DNA from: an uncultured Candidatus Saccharibacteria bacterium
GTDB lineage: Bacteria > Patescibacteriota > Dojkabacteria > J137
Direction of reading: 5' to 3'
Length of the DNA: 64,000 nt
Assembly: GCA_964393185.1 (NCBI GenBank)
Contig: CAYMSO010000007.1
Span: 930-64,929 of the forward strand
Part shown: piece after piece, positions 1 to 9,384 of the stretch
How positions within the stretch are numbered: position 1 is the stretch's first letter
Layout of the letters: the number at the start of each line of letters is the position of its first letter
The notes under the pieces: model-generated
The model's input: only the letters and a program-made list of their open reading frames with translations
The model's database searches: none
What the model was told of the DNA's origin: nothing
Position numbers and translations under genes: made by a program

Positions 1-979
1 CGAATTCATATTCAGAAGGGTCAAAAACTACGTCAAAACCCAAATTTAAGTCGCCAACGGGTAGGATATCAAATATGTCGTATAATGTATCGAGATATCG
101 CTTAAGTCCATTGACGCCTTCCTTAGCTTTTGCTGGTGATTTGTTCCAATTAATGCAAGCAACACCAATTTGATTAAAATAGTTATTAAAAAGATTTAGT
201 ACATCTTGTTTGTTGTACTCTTCTATTTGCAATGATTCAACTAGTACGGGAACTATTTTTTGTCTAAAATCTATTACTGCTTGTTCAGTATTAAGAACAT
301 TACTAAGAATAGTAATATATGGCAGGGGAATATAAATAGGCAATAAAACTTCATCTTCTTCTATAATATTTTCTTCTGTATTTGCGTATAATATAAAATA
401 GGAAGCTATAAAACCTCTTATAATTTTGGATTGAGAAGCATAATCATCTCTATCTAAGACTGAACTTAAATTTTGTGTTGATGGTATCTTGTCTAAAATA
501 AGTTTAGCCAAATCAGGAATTAAAATTTTTCTTATTTCTACAGTTCTTACTAAATCACGAGTTTTTGCTAAAGTTGGATTTGAAATATGGTTTTGAAGTT
601 CTTCAATTGTTTCTCTTGTTGTTTTTCTTGTTATACCCAACATGGTCGCAAATGTTTGATTACCCTTAGAGTCTCGGCGGAGCCTCTGTATTTTATTTAA
701 AGCACTATTTACAAATCGCTCCCTTTCTTCGAATCTACTTTCCAATCTACCCTTTAGACCCTTCATTTTTAACTCCTGTGCCTCGTTAACCTCTTCTAGT
801 AATAAGTGTTCAAACAATTGGGCGCAAGTTCTTAGATTAGAATCTGTTATTAGAATATTTCTTCGTTTCACTAAACCTACAGTTGCTCTTTCTATTACTT
901 CGATAATTTCTGGAGAGAGCTCTAAGTGCACATTCTCTGGAAGAGTAGGCATTAAAGTATTTAGGGGGTTGTCGCTCAT
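1..979 (-). CDS. hypothetical protein, C-terminus cut by window edge (>=326 aa)
   Basis: Not in the ORF track because it runs off the edge. My own translation from the ATG at 979-977 (MSDNPLNTLMPTLPENVHLELSPEIIEVIERATVGL...) stays open to position 1. It starts 13 nt after the stop of 993..1841, so it is probably in the same operon. It has an HTH-like stretch, QTFATMLGITRKTTRETIEEL. No family recognised. Confidence 0.5.
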   Translation of the reverse strand, partial: MSDNPLNTLMPTLPENVHLELSPEIIEVIERATVGLVKRRNILITDSNLRTCAQLFEHLLLEEVNEAQELKMKGLKGRLESRFEERERFVNSALNKIQRLRRDSKGNQTFATMLGITRKTTRETIEELQNHISNPTLAKTRDLVRTVEIRKILIPDLAKLILDKIPSTQNLSSVLDRDDYASQSKIIRGFIASYFILYANTEENIIEEDEVLLPIYIPLPYITILSNVLNTEQAVIDFRQKIVPVLVESLQIEEYNKQDVLNLFNNYFNQIGVACINWNKSPAKAKEGVNGLKRYLDTLYDIFDILPVGDLNLGFDVVFDPSEYEF

Positions 980-992
980 TAATTTCTTGAGA

Positions 993-1841
993 TTAATAAT
1001 GTTGTCGAATCATTCTACGAAACTCACGAAGCCTTTCTACAAAATCTATTACATTATCATATTGTATTATATTACCATCTTCACCCGGTATACATAGTTC
1101 TTCAATTGTTTCTATGCTCTTCGAATAACTTGTTATAATAAGTTCTAATGTTTTGTTGATCTTTCCTACACCGGCCTCTAGTATATAGCCACAAACAATA
1201 TCCAATTCAGCTTTTAACCCATCAAGATCCATCTGGTCGTATAAGGTATCTTTTGCTGTAAGAAATTCTATTAGATCTTCATCCAGTATCTCTCTCTCTG
1301 CTGCCCAATAGGTTACATCATTAATATGATTTGTAACTTGTCTGTTTTTTACTGCGATTTTAAAAGTTATATTTGCTATATATTGAGCAGCTCTTTTTGG
1401 TGTAAATAATCCTTCTTCTAGGTCTGGCATTCCCATTCTTAACATTACTACAGTGGCAAAATTCCTAATATACGCTTTACCTAACTCTCTTAAAGCATCA
1501 TCTTCAGAATCCAGCAACTTTCTTACCTCATCGTAAAGCCACGTTGGATTATCTAAGCCTGGAGTTTGTACAGAAATAACATGTAAATTGCTAACAAATT
1601 TATTAAACAATGCCTTGTTATTTAAGCATTTTGGACTTATACCCAATAAAGAAGTTGTAAGGAACTCCTGGACAGCAAGAGGTGATTGTATCTGGGCTAT
1701 CCAAGTATATATAACTGGCATAGAAATTCTACCATTGGTAAATTCTCTCGCAATTTCGCCAGCTTGTTTTATAGACAGGACCTCTTTATTATCTATATCA
1801 CCTAAATCAAAAGGAAGCAAAACATTTTGTTCGTCAGCCAT
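993..1841 (-). CDS. hypothetical protein with N-terminal excisionase/MerR-like HTH
   Basis: 282-aa ORF. The N-terminal LSIKQAGEIAREFTNGRISMPVIYTWI resembles an HTH_17/excisionase-type helix-turn-helix. The rest is unrecognised. Confidence 0.5.
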   Translation of the reverse strand: MADEQNVLLPFDLGDIDNKEVLSIKQAGEIAREFTNGRISMPVIYTWIAQIQSPLAVQEFLTTSLLGISPKCLNNKALFNKFVSNLHVISVQTPGLDNPTWLYDEVRKLLDSEDDALRELGKAYIRNFATVVMLRMGMPDLEEGLFTPKRAAQYIANITFKIAVKNRQVTNHINDVTYWAAEREILDEDLIEFLTAKDTLYDQMDLDGLKAELDIVCGYILEAGVGKINKTLELIITSYSKSIETIEELCIPGEDGNIIQYDNVIDFVERLREFRRMIRQHY

Positions 1842-1901
1842 GGTAACAAACTAAGTAATGAATTCTAACACACACTTATAGAAAAATGGAAATTCTAGAT
1901 A

Positions 1902-2459
1902 CTAACTACTCCTATCCAATAAATTTCTTAAGTACTCAGATTTATTAATTCCTTCTAACTCACATAATTTTTCAAGTTTACTAAGCTGTCTTTTAGATAA
2001 GAAAAAATTAAATCTTTCGGATAAGTTCTCGTTTGAGTGTTTTTCCAAAAAGGCTGATATATGCTCCCTTAGAGTATATTGAGTATATTTGACTCCATAA
2101 AAATATCTATGAATAATTTTATTTTGCCAATTTTCTAAAAGAGAAAGCCCCAGTACAGGTTTATTTAAATTCAAAGCAACAGTGGCCTCATGACCTACCT
2201 GAAAACTTTCCTTACTCAATTCAAATACAACAAGATCAGCCCATCTAATGCCATTTTTTATTGCCAAATAATGTTCCTCTTCTGTAGTTCTACACTTTTT
2301 GAGATCGTTTTTAGTCAATAAGCTTTTATAATTTCCAAGTTCAGTTGCAACAAGTTCTACTTTACTATTTAGCAATATTTTTACTATTAAGTCGTAATAT
2401 TTTTGATAATCTTTTTTACCGCTATATGCTGCAGTAAAAAATACTTTAGTTTTATACAT
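1902..2459 (-). CDS. nucleoside 2-deoxyribosyltransferase/DNPH1(Rcl)-like domain fused to a C-terminal ribbon-helix-helix
   Basis: The flavodoxin-like N-terminus (KVFFTAAYSG) and WADLVVFELSKESFQVGHEATVALNLNKPVLGL resemble the DNPH1/NDT core (ADvvvAEvt.pS.GvGyElG.A..l.K.iL.L). The C-terminal FFLSKRQLSKLEKLCELEGINKSEYLRNLL looks like a CopG/RHH motif. Confidence 0.5.
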   Translation of the reverse strand: MYKTKVFFTAAYSGKKDYQKYYDLIVKILLNSKVELVATELGNYKSLLTKNDLKKCRTTEEEHYLAIKNGIRWADLVVFELSKESFQVGHEATVALNLNKPVLGLSLLENWQNKIIHRYFYGVKYTQYTLREHISAFLEKHSNENLSERFNFFLSKRQLSKLEKLCELEGINKSEYLRNLLDRSS

Positions 2460-2536
2460 ATATACATATATTAAAATATATTACTGTTGATATATTTATT
2501 ATATTATTGATTAATTATACATATTATTATTTATTT

Positions 2537-2962
2537 ATGGAACCTACTAAATTTGGAATTCATATCAAAACAAAAGATTTCGATAAATCTTTACATTTTT
2601 ACCTAAACTTTGGCTTTAAGCCCGTTTTTGTATATGGTCCATCATCTTTTACTATAAATTTTGATACTCCCAATGCAGCTGAAAAGTATAGAGGTATTAC
2701 TTTCGATATAAACGGGGCAATGCTCGAACTTGGAGAAGATCACATTGCAATCAAACGGCAAGTTTTTGAAGAAACTATAAGTAGTTCAAAAGTTTCGGCA
2801 ATGATAGATGTTAATACACTTAGTAGTGTACGAAAGATTTGTGAAGAGCATAATTTCGAAATAGCGAAAAGTGAAGTAGAGTATCCTTGGGGAACAAGAG
2901 AGTTGGTTGTTAGAGACCCAGATGGCTTCATTTTAGTTTTTAGAGAATCTATCAATGGATGA
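2537..2962 (+). CDS. VOC (glyoxalase/bleomycin-resistance) family protein
   Basis: FGIHIKTKDFDKSLHFYLNFGFKPVF ... YPWGTRELVVRDPDGFILVF is typical of the VOC fold. The track start at 2507 is TTG; the ATG at 2537 is more plausible. Confidence 0.7.
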   Translation: MEPTKFGIHIKTKDFDKSLHFYLNFGFKPVFVYGPSSFTINFDTPNAAEKYRGITFDINGAMLELGEDHIAIKRQVFEETISSSKVSAMIDVNTLSSVRKICEEHNFEIAKSEVEYPWGTRELVVRDPDGFILVFRESING

Positions 2963-3308
2963 TTCAACAGAAGTAATTGAGCAAGATATTATTGAACAAT
3001 TATCAATAATATTTAACTGCAATATTGAAGATGTAGGTGAACTAATAATAGAAATTCGGGCTAGGGAACTAGGTACAGAAAAAAATCTTAAAGCAATTGA
3101 AGATTTATATAAGCAGCAATGTATAGAGTATTTTGGGCTTAGAGAAGCAGCTGAATGGAAAGATATAATTTATGAATATACACAATTTCAACAAGACAGT
3201 ACTGTTAAGCATGTTGCAATGATTCTTCAGCTAAATAAATTTATAGCCACACGACAAGAAATTCTTAATGAATTTTTAAGACTTGGTATTTATAATTCAG
3301 AAATTTAA
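2955..3308 (+). CDS. hypothetical protein
   Basis: 117-aa ORF overlapping the VOC gene stop by 8 nt (coupled). No family recognised. Confidence 0.4.
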   Translation: MDDSTEVIEQDIIEQLSIIFNCNIEDVGELIIEIRARELGTEKNLKAIEDLYKQQCIEYFGLREAAEWKDIIYEYTQFQQDSTVKHVAMILQLNKFIATRQEILNEFLRLGIYNSEI

Positions 3309-3434
3309 ATTACCCAGCTCTTATTAAACGCTTATCGTATCTTATTCATTTTACAAAAACTTTACTAACATTTTGTATACATTTAAATATTAAATATTAA
3401 TCTTTGTATATTAAATTTTTAGTTATTTTGTCAA

Positions 3435-3674
3435 ATGTCAGACACATTTATAAATAATAACCCTGAAACTAGAAGAGATACTAACTATGTTTCTACTATA
3501 ATTTTTATACTAGTCTTAATCCTTTTATTGGTAATAGGTTACGTTATTTTCTTCTCTGATGATGAATCAAATAGAGATACAACAGATGATGCAGAAATAA
3601 CTAATATCGACGAGGATGCAGATAGTGACATAAATATTGATGATTTTGAACAAAATACACCAGTGAGTTTATAA
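3435..3674 (+). CDS. small membrane protein with acidic C-terminal tail
   Basis: 79 aa, with one clear TM helix (YVSTIIFILVLILLLVIGYVIFF) followed by a D/E-rich tail. Confidence 0.4.
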   Translation: MSDTFINNNPETRRDTNYVSTIIFILVLILLLVIGYVIFFSDDESNRDTTDDAEITNIDEDADSDINIDDFEQNTPVSL

Positions 3675-3696
3675 ACTATGTAATACTAATTTCTAT

Positions 3697-3790
3697 TGGT
3701 GAGTTGGGTGGGATTCCCTGTCTACCTAGTAGGGAACCCATGACCAATCCCGACTTAATGGTCGAGACTGCTTATTAGCTTAGCCACAAT
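3697..3790 (-). pseudogene. degenerate tRNA-Lys-like copy with an 18-nt insertion in the T-loop
   Basis: The 20 nt at 3697-3716 (tggtgagttgggtgggattc) are identical to the 3' end of the intact tRNA-Lys at 3888-3907. The T-loop is interrupted by cctgtctacctagtaggg (3717-3734). The anticodon loop is malformed (cattaa, 6 nt), and no 5' strand complementary to the acceptor 3' strand is found. Confidence 0.45.
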
Positions 3791-3887
3791 TTGGTTAATT
3801 TCCAAAGTTTAATGTCTTTTCCACGCTTTAATGCATCCAATTTTGACTAAAACTTTTTGAATACATTACATTTAGTATTTTAGTAGT

Positions 3888-3962
3888 TGGTGAGTTGGGT
3901 GGGATTCGAACCCACGACCAATCGCTTAAGAGGCGACTGCTCTACCACTGAGCTACCAACCC
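3888..3962 (-). tRNA. tRNA-Lys (anticodon CTT), CCA encoded
   Basis: Manual cloverleaf fold of the reverse complement: gggttgg-ta-gctc-agtggta-gagc-a-gtcgc-CT[CTT]AA-gcgat-tggtc-gtggg-ttcgaat-cccac-ccaactc-a-cca. Confidence 0.9.
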
Positions 3963-3979
3963 ATTTAAAATGTATATAT

Positions 3980-4052
3980 CATATCCGAACCCTCGACTAA
4001 GGTCAGGACTGCTCGAACTTTATCTCGTTCACGGGAACTGAGCTAACTATAT
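3980..4052 (-). pseudogene. tRNA-derived fragment (D-arm with inserted hairpin, partial T-loop-like box)
   Basis: The reverse complement contains ta-gctc-agtt[cccgtgaacgagataaagttc]gagc-a (a canonical D-stem with a loop expanded by about 18 nt), followed by agcagtc and gggttcgg. No anticodon arm or acceptor stem can be folded. Confidence 0.3.
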
Positions 4053-4062
4053 ACATAAGATA

Positions 4063-4135
4063 TATGCGCGTCAGGATTCGAACCTGAGACCTACTGCTTA
4101 GAAGGCAGTTGCTCTATCCACTGAGCTACGCGCAC
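4063..4135 (-). tRNA. tRNA-Arg (anticodon TCT)
   Basis: Manual fold: gtgcgcg-ta-gctc-agtggat-agagc-a-actgc-CT[TCT]AA-gcagt-aggtc-tcagg-ttcgaat-cctga-cgcgcat-a. CCA is not encoded. Confidence 0.9.
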
Positions 4136-4260
4136 TCAGACGAAAATTTACCTGTGAATTTTAACACTTTACAATCAGTATATCAAAGCTAGTATGCAAA
4201 TTTATTGTAAACTTCTTCCTTAACAACATACAACTATGGATTTTTGTCCGTAGTTTTTTA

Positions 4261-6726
4261 TTATATACTTTTAAGCGCTTTTTCAATACTAATTCCCCTG
4301 CCGAGCATATCTTTCCATAAATCTCCAACCTTATCAATTCGTTTTAATATGTTTTTAATATGAAAATTTTTAGGATTAAGTTTTGAGTTTACTTCTTCCC
4401 ATTTTAATGGCGTTGAGACGGCAGCACCATCCACCGGTCGCACTGAGTAAACACATGCTGTAGTCTGCCCTTTTCTATTTTGAAGATAATCTATATACAC
4501 TTTACCTCTTCTTTTGTCTGGATCGCGTTCCAAGCTAATTAAATTCGGTAATTTTTCTTGGAGTTTTACAGAAATTAGTTCAGCAAACATTCTTGCTTGT
4601 TCAAAGGAATACTTTGGTTGAAGCGGAATATAAATGTGCAAGCCTCTTTTGCCTGAAGTTTTACAGAATGATTCAATGCGTGCAATTCCAAACATTTCTC
4701 TTAAAGCTTGGGCCACTTTAACCACATTTGCAAAGCTTGTTTCGACTGGATCTAAATCAAATAGTACATAATCAGGTTTATCTAAACTATCAATCCTAGA
4801 GTTCCAAGCGTTAATCTCGATACACCCTAAATTTGCAAGAAAAAGTAACGTTTCTTTATTTTGGCATAATACATAATCTATAAATCTCTTGGCAGATTTA
4901 GAATATATTCTTTTTTGAACAACAAAATCGGGGTGGCTTTGGTCGAAGTCCTTTTGATAAAAACTCTCTCCATCAATTCCATTTGGATGCCGATTTAAAT
5001 TTTGTGGTCTATCAACAAGATAAGGTAACATAATATCTCCAATCGAGTTGTAGTATTCCAATAAATCTTTTTTAGCGTAATTATCGCGTGGCCAATAGAT
5101 TTTATTCATGTGAGTAAATTCTTGCTCAGGCAAAGAAGAACTGAAGGGTGAGTGAATAGCAGTTTGCTTAGTAACTTCCGCAGGTTCTTTATCTTTTCTT
5201 AGCCCAATAAATACGGGGTGCCTTAATATTCTGTCTTTCGTCCTTTCAGAAAATCTGACTTGAGCTACTAGTTTTGGCTTTATCCATCTCTTTACATTAC
5301 TTCTTTCTAAGAAAGGATTAGCGGCAAAAGGAGATTTGATTGTTGCATGCTTATCCATTTGAATTTTAAGCTCCGATATTGTGTTATCGTCAAAACCTGT
5401 ACCCACATGACCTCTAAAAACTAGCTTATTTTTTTCGTATTCGCCAAGTAGTATTGAACCAAAACCTTTTCTTGTCCCTTGTGGAAAAGTGTAGCCCCCC
5501 AGAACAAATTCGCTCTCGTTTAATGCTTTTATTTTAAGCCATTCATTACTTCTGCCCAATACGTACTTACTTGTCTTTTTCTTAGCAATTATTCCTTCAA
5601 AACCAAGTTTCTTGGCACTCGAAAAAAGACTAACACCATCTTCAAAAGTTTCGCTTATTCTGATAACTTGATCGGGTATGATGATTTTATTTAGTATTTC
5701 TTTTCTTTTAACTAAAGTAGCTGATCTTAAATCAAATTTATCGAAATACAGTATGTCAAAAACATAGTAAATAATTTTCTGTCCAGGATTTTTTTTCTTG
5801 GATTGTAGCAGTTGGAAGCGAGAAACTCCTTTTTTATCTACAGCCACAATTTCTCCATCTAAAATTACAGTAGCATTTATAGCACTTAATTGAGAAACTA
5901 TTTCTGGATAATCTGTATTGAAGTTTAGATTATTCCTTGAATAAAGCTTTACTTTTCCTTTTACAATTTCTGCAATTGCCCTATAACCATCCCATTTAAG
6001 CTCATACAACCAGTCTTGATTTGTAAATGCACTAGAACCTAAAGTTGCCAACATAGGCTTAATTAATCGAGGGATTTTGGCCTTGATAATTTCATCCTTA
6101 ATTTGCACAACATCGTGCCATTCAATTTTTTTACTTGGCGAATTGTTTGCAATTTCATCCATGCTTCTTCCTGTCTTAACCGAAATATCTTTATGTGAAA
6201 TCACTTTGTTTGCTGCTTCATCAGAGTGTTTTATCAACAGCCATGAATTATTTTTAGATGAATACTTGTTATTTTTTATTTTTACAATTGCAAATTCTCC
6301 TTTTAGTTTCTTCCCATGAAGTCTGAACTTAAGGTGCCCATCTTGCAAATGCCTTAATACCGAATCTTCCGGACTTTCGTTTTCGTTTACTATAATAGGT
6401 TCATAATATCCTTCATCCCAAATCATTACGGTTCCTGCGCCATAATTTCCTTCAGGGATTACACCTTCAAAATTTCCATATTCCAAAGGATGATCTTCTA
6501 CTTCCATTGCCAGCTTTCTTTCTTTAGGATTAAGAGATGGTTCTTTTGGCACAGCCCAGCTTTTCAACACACCACTAGCTTCCAATCTAAAATCATAATG
6601 TAAATGGGAAGCATTATGTTTCTGAACAACAAATCTTAACTTTGGATGTTTGTCTTTAGTTGCTTTGCCCTTCGGTTCAGGAGTTTGTTTAAAGTTTCTC
6701 TTTTGGTGATATTCCTTAAGAGACAT
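4261..6726 (-). CDS. ligD: ATP-dependent DNA ligase LigD, three-domain (phosphoesterase-ligase-polymerase/primase)
   Basis: N-terminal PE domain (HYDFRLE, EDHPLEYGNFEGVIPEGNYGAG), ligase motif I (ELKWDGYRAI), and a C-terminal primase-polymerase domain (FDLDP, GKRGLHIYIPL). Overlaps ku by 11 nt. Confidence 0.9.
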   Translation of the reverse strand: MSLKEYHQKRNFKQTPEPKGKATKDKHPKLRFVVQKHNASHLHYDFRLEASGVLKSWAVPKEPSLNPKERKLAMEVEDHPLEYGNFEGVIPEGNYGAGTVMIWDEGYYEPIIVNENESPEDSVLRHLQDGHLKFRLHGKKLKGEFAIVKIKNNKYSSKNNSWLLIKHSDEAANKVISHKDISVKTGRSMDEIANNSPSKKIEWHDVVQIKDEIIKAKIPRLIKPMLATLGSSAFTNQDWLYELKWDGYRAIAEIVKGKVKLYSRNNLNFNTDYPEIVSQLSAINATVILDGEIVAVDKKGVSRFQLLQSKKKNPGQKIIYYVFDILYFDKFDLRSATLVKRKEILNKIIIPDQVIRISETFEDGVSLFSSAKKLGFEGIIAKKKTSKYVLGRSNEWLKIKALNESEFVLGGYTFPQGTRKGFGSILLGEYEKNKLVFRGHVGTGFDDNTISELKIQMDKHATIKSPFAANPFLERSNVKRWIKPKLVAQVRFSERTKDRILRHPVFIGLRKDKEPAEVTKQTAIHSPFSSSLPEQEFTHMNKIYWPRDNYAKKDLLEYYNSIGDIMLPYLVDRPQNLNRHPNGIDGESFYQKDFDQSHPDFVVQKRIYSKSAKRFIDYVLCQNKETLLFLANLGCIEINAWNSRIDSLDKPDYVLFDLDPVETSFANVVKVAQALREMFGIARIESFCKTSGKRGLHIYIPLQPKYSFEQARMFAELISVKLQEKLPNLISLERDPDKRRGKVYIDYLQNRKGQTTACVYSVRPVDGAAVSTPLKWEEVNSKLNPKNFHIKNILKRIDKVGDLWKDMLGRGISIEKALKSI

Positions 6727-7504
6727 TGCTTTGCACCTTGAATTTTATTAAACTTTGCTCCAATAACTTAGTTAAGTCATCTGTATCTGATGCAGGCCTT
6801 CTAGAAACTTTGCTGACAACTACCTTTTTATTCTTTGCTTTTGCTTCTATAATTCGTTTAAGTTTTTTGATGTAATCATCTTTATATTCAGAAATATTAA
6901 ATTCATCTGTCATTTTTGCTATCAAATCAGTTGCCATTTCTAGTTCTTTATTACTAACTTTTTGGTTTTGGGGCAGATCTAAATCTGTTGTTGATTTTAC
7001 TTCATCTTCGTATCGCATTTGATTAAGAATTAGCATGTTTCCTTTAGGAGCAATCACACAAAGTCTTTCGCGGTTTCGCATTACAAATTCGGCGACTCCA
7101 ACTTTCTTAGATTTTTTTAATGCTTTATTCAGGAGAGAGTAGAGCTTCTTTGCTTTGGAATCAGGTTCTAGATAGTATGGTGTGTCAAAATAAATCGGAT
7201 CAATCTCGGTTTCATTTACAAAAGATGATATTTCTATGTTCTGACTCTTCTCCATATCAACTTTTTCAAAATCATCTGGTTCGAGTATTACATAGTCACC
7301 TTTTCTATACTCAAAGCCCTTGACTACATCCTTCCATGCAATCTCTTCCCCTGTATTGGCATTAATTCTTGCATAACGAATCGGTGCTTTATCTTTCTTG
7401 GAAAGTAAATCCAAATCAAGTTGAATTGGAGTAGTAGCGCTATAAAGTTTGACTGGTATAAAAACTAATCCGAAAGTAATTCCTCCTGTCCATATTGGAC
7501 GCAT
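6716..7504 (-). CDS. ku: Ku protein (non-homologous end joining)
   Basis: The canonical bacterial Ku N-terminus MRPIWTGGITFGLVFIPVKLYSAT, 262 aa, with a basic C-terminal tail. Confidence 0.9.
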   Translation of the reverse strand: MRPIWTGGITFGLVFIPVKLYSATTPIQLDLDLLSKKDKAPIRYARINANTGEEIAWKDVVKGFEYRKGDYVILEPDDFEKVDMEKSQNIEISSFVNETEIDPIYFDTPYYLEPDSKAKKLYSLLNKALKKSKKVGVAEFVMRNRERLCVIAPKGNMLILNQMRYEDEVKSTTDLDLPQNQKVSNKELEMATDLIAKMTDEFNISEYKDDYIKKLKRIIEAKAKNKKVVVSKVSRRPASDTDDLTKLLEQSLIKFKVQSNVS

Positions 7505-7589
7505 AGTATGTGTATTAACTTCTAATATAATACACCAGGTTTTGATAACAAGTACACCAACATATCGTTTTTTATTAAACGATCAGTAG

Positions 7590-8699
7590 CTAATTAAAAG
7601 GATTATTTAGCCTTTGTGCACTTTCGTCTAAAAGTATATACAAATTGTTATTTAAATAACCGTTTTTATCTATTTTGGCTTCGTGTAGTACGTCTTTACT
7701 TAAGTTTGAAGTATTTCCATTTAATGAGATAGAAGCTTTATATGTTCCTTTTGCTATATTTGTATGTACAGTACCTAACTCATCGCTTTTGAAAATTGCA
7801 ACTTCGCCGTTGCTAAGCAGTATATTAATAAAAGCACCTTTAATAGGATCCCCCGTCTTAGCATCAAGGATTCTTCCAGATGAAGCATTCAGCCGTTCAT
7901 AAATAACAAAAATATTCCAGATTAAGGCAATTCCATACATGCTAGCTTCAATGTAACTACCGGCTATTGGGAAAATAAATACGCCATAGAAAGATCTTAA
8001 AAAGTTAGCAACAGATAAGATAAACAAGTAGGCTAAAAGATAAGTATATAGTTTCGGTCTTAATGAATATAAAGTAGTTCTTATATCGCGTACATTATCT
8101 TCGAATTTTGATAGTGGTATATCTTCTATAACTTCACCTCTTAGTAATCGTTGAATTTCTGGTGGTAATTCTTTCGAAAATGGTTTATATCCTTCTGCCA
8201 TTACTTCAATTTTGTGAGAAACGTCTTTATTTGGTATGAATAATTTGTATTTACCCTCGAAATCCGAAACTCCTTGACCAACATTTACTAAACCATTTTC
8301 GTCTTTTTTGTACAATCGTAAAACTGCTAGTGGTACTGCTTTGCCACTTTTTTCGTCGAAAACTTCTCCCCAAGTTTTTCTTTGTCTAGGAATAGCCAAA
8401 AAATTAAAGAGCATCAAAGCCTCCAAGATTGTTCTGCCTTTATACAATATAAACGTTCCTGCAATAGCCGATAAAAACGAGATAGCTGTAACATAAAGGT
8501 AGGTATTATGATAAATGTAAGAAAAAATATAGATGCCTCGATCATAAGGCTCATTATACTCAAACTGTTCCGTAGGTATTGTTGTAGAAGCAGAAAAAAA
8601 CTCTATAACCTCTTCGTAAGGAAATACAGTTATTATAATGCGCAGAAAAGTTATAAAAAGTACTAAAGCAAAAAAGATAACTTTAAGAAATTTTTTCAT
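7590..8699 (-). CDS. polytopic membrane protein with two carboxypeptidase-regulatory-like (beta-sandwich) domains
   Basis: Several TM helices. Two segments resemble CarboxypepD_reg modules: GKAVPLAVLRLYKKDENG...GVSDFEGKYKLF and DAKTGDPIKGAFINILLSNGEV...SDELGTVHTNIAKGTYKASIS. Confidence 0.5.
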   Translation of the reverse strand: MKKFLKVIFFALVLFITFLRIIITVFPYEEVIEFFSASTTIPTEQFEYNEPYDRGIYIFSYIYHNTYLYVTAISFLSAIAGTFILYKGRTILEALMLFNFLAIPRQRKTWGEVFDEKSGKAVPLAVLRLYKKDENGLVNVGQGVSDFEGKYKLFIPNKDVSHKIEVMAEGYKPFSKELPPEIQRLLRGEVIEDIPLSKFEDNVRDIRTTLYSLRPKLYTYLLAYLFILSVANFLRSFYGVFIFPIAGSYIEASMYGIALIWNIFVIYERLNASSGRILDAKTGDPIKGAFINILLSNGEVAIFKSDELGTVHTNIAKGTYKASISLNGNTSNLSKDVLHEAKIDKNGYLNNNLYILLDESAQRLNNPFN

Positions 8700-8706
8700 A
8701 GCAATC

Positions 8707-9384
8707 CTACAATAATCTGATTTTTATATTTTTAATAAACGATGCTTTAATATCCACAATAGATTTGAAAAATATTTTTTGTAAATCTTCAATCTTTACA
8801 TTTACTATTTCTTTCTGATCCGGTCTAACAGGTTGAGATGATAGGCACAACTTTCCATTCCACACTAAAGGTGCTTCGCATTTAGAATAAAGTAATAACT
8901 TTAAATGATTAAAATCTGAAGTATTACTAAGAGTATTTGGATAACCAAGTTTTGTAGAATGATCAAATTCTAGCCAGGTATCTTGTAGAGCAAGAACTTT
9001 AAACTTAATACTTACTAATTTGCTACCCATAGTGTAACTTCCATACACGCCTCTTTTTGCCACATCAATAGCTACTTTTCCACTTGAAGAATCTACTATT
9101 TGATTTATACCCAACGATTGATCGTCTACATTTAGCTCTGCAAACTCTAGCACCTCTGGATCATAATTAATTAGTAATTCAGCAGAGGAGGCTGTTGAAT
9201 GTGTTTTTAAAGTAACTTCAACTTCTATAAAATCTCCCAGATTTACAAAGCTCAAATTGATTGGATCATTTAACCTAAGACTCAGCTGGTTAAATTTATC
9301 TTGAGCTAATACTTTAGTACTGAAGTTTAATTGAAGACAAATAACTGCAACAATTACAATTATCAAATTTAAATATTTCACCAC
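8707..9384 (-). CDS. secreted protein, cohesin-like domain (tentative)
   Basis: Signal peptide (LIIVIVAVICLQLNFSTKVLA). GDFIEVEVTLKT...AELLINYDPEVLEF...GKVAIDVAK...LVSIKFKVLA follows the cohesin-domain pattern. Confidence 0.4.
   Translation of the reverse strand: MVKYLNLIIVIVAVICLQLNFSTKVLAQDKFNQLSLRLNDPINLSFVNLGDFIEVEVTLKTHSTASSAELLINYDPEVLEFAELNVDDQSLGINQIVDSSSGKVAIDVAKRGVYGSYTMGSKLVSIKFKVLALQDTWLEFDHSTKLGYPNTLSNTSDFNHLKLLLYSKCEAPLVWNGKLCLSSQPVRPDQKEIVNVKIEDLQKIFFKSIVDIKASFIKNIKIRLL

Noticed and set aside
3697-3790. The Lys-like element as a functional tRNA with a non-canonical T-loop intron.
   Set aside because: No sequence complementary to the acceptor 3' strand (ccaactc) exists upstream: the required plus-strand ccaac[ct]c is absent from 3770-3840. 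The anticodon loop is 6 or 8 nt with no U33. A pseudogene or scar is more parsimonious.
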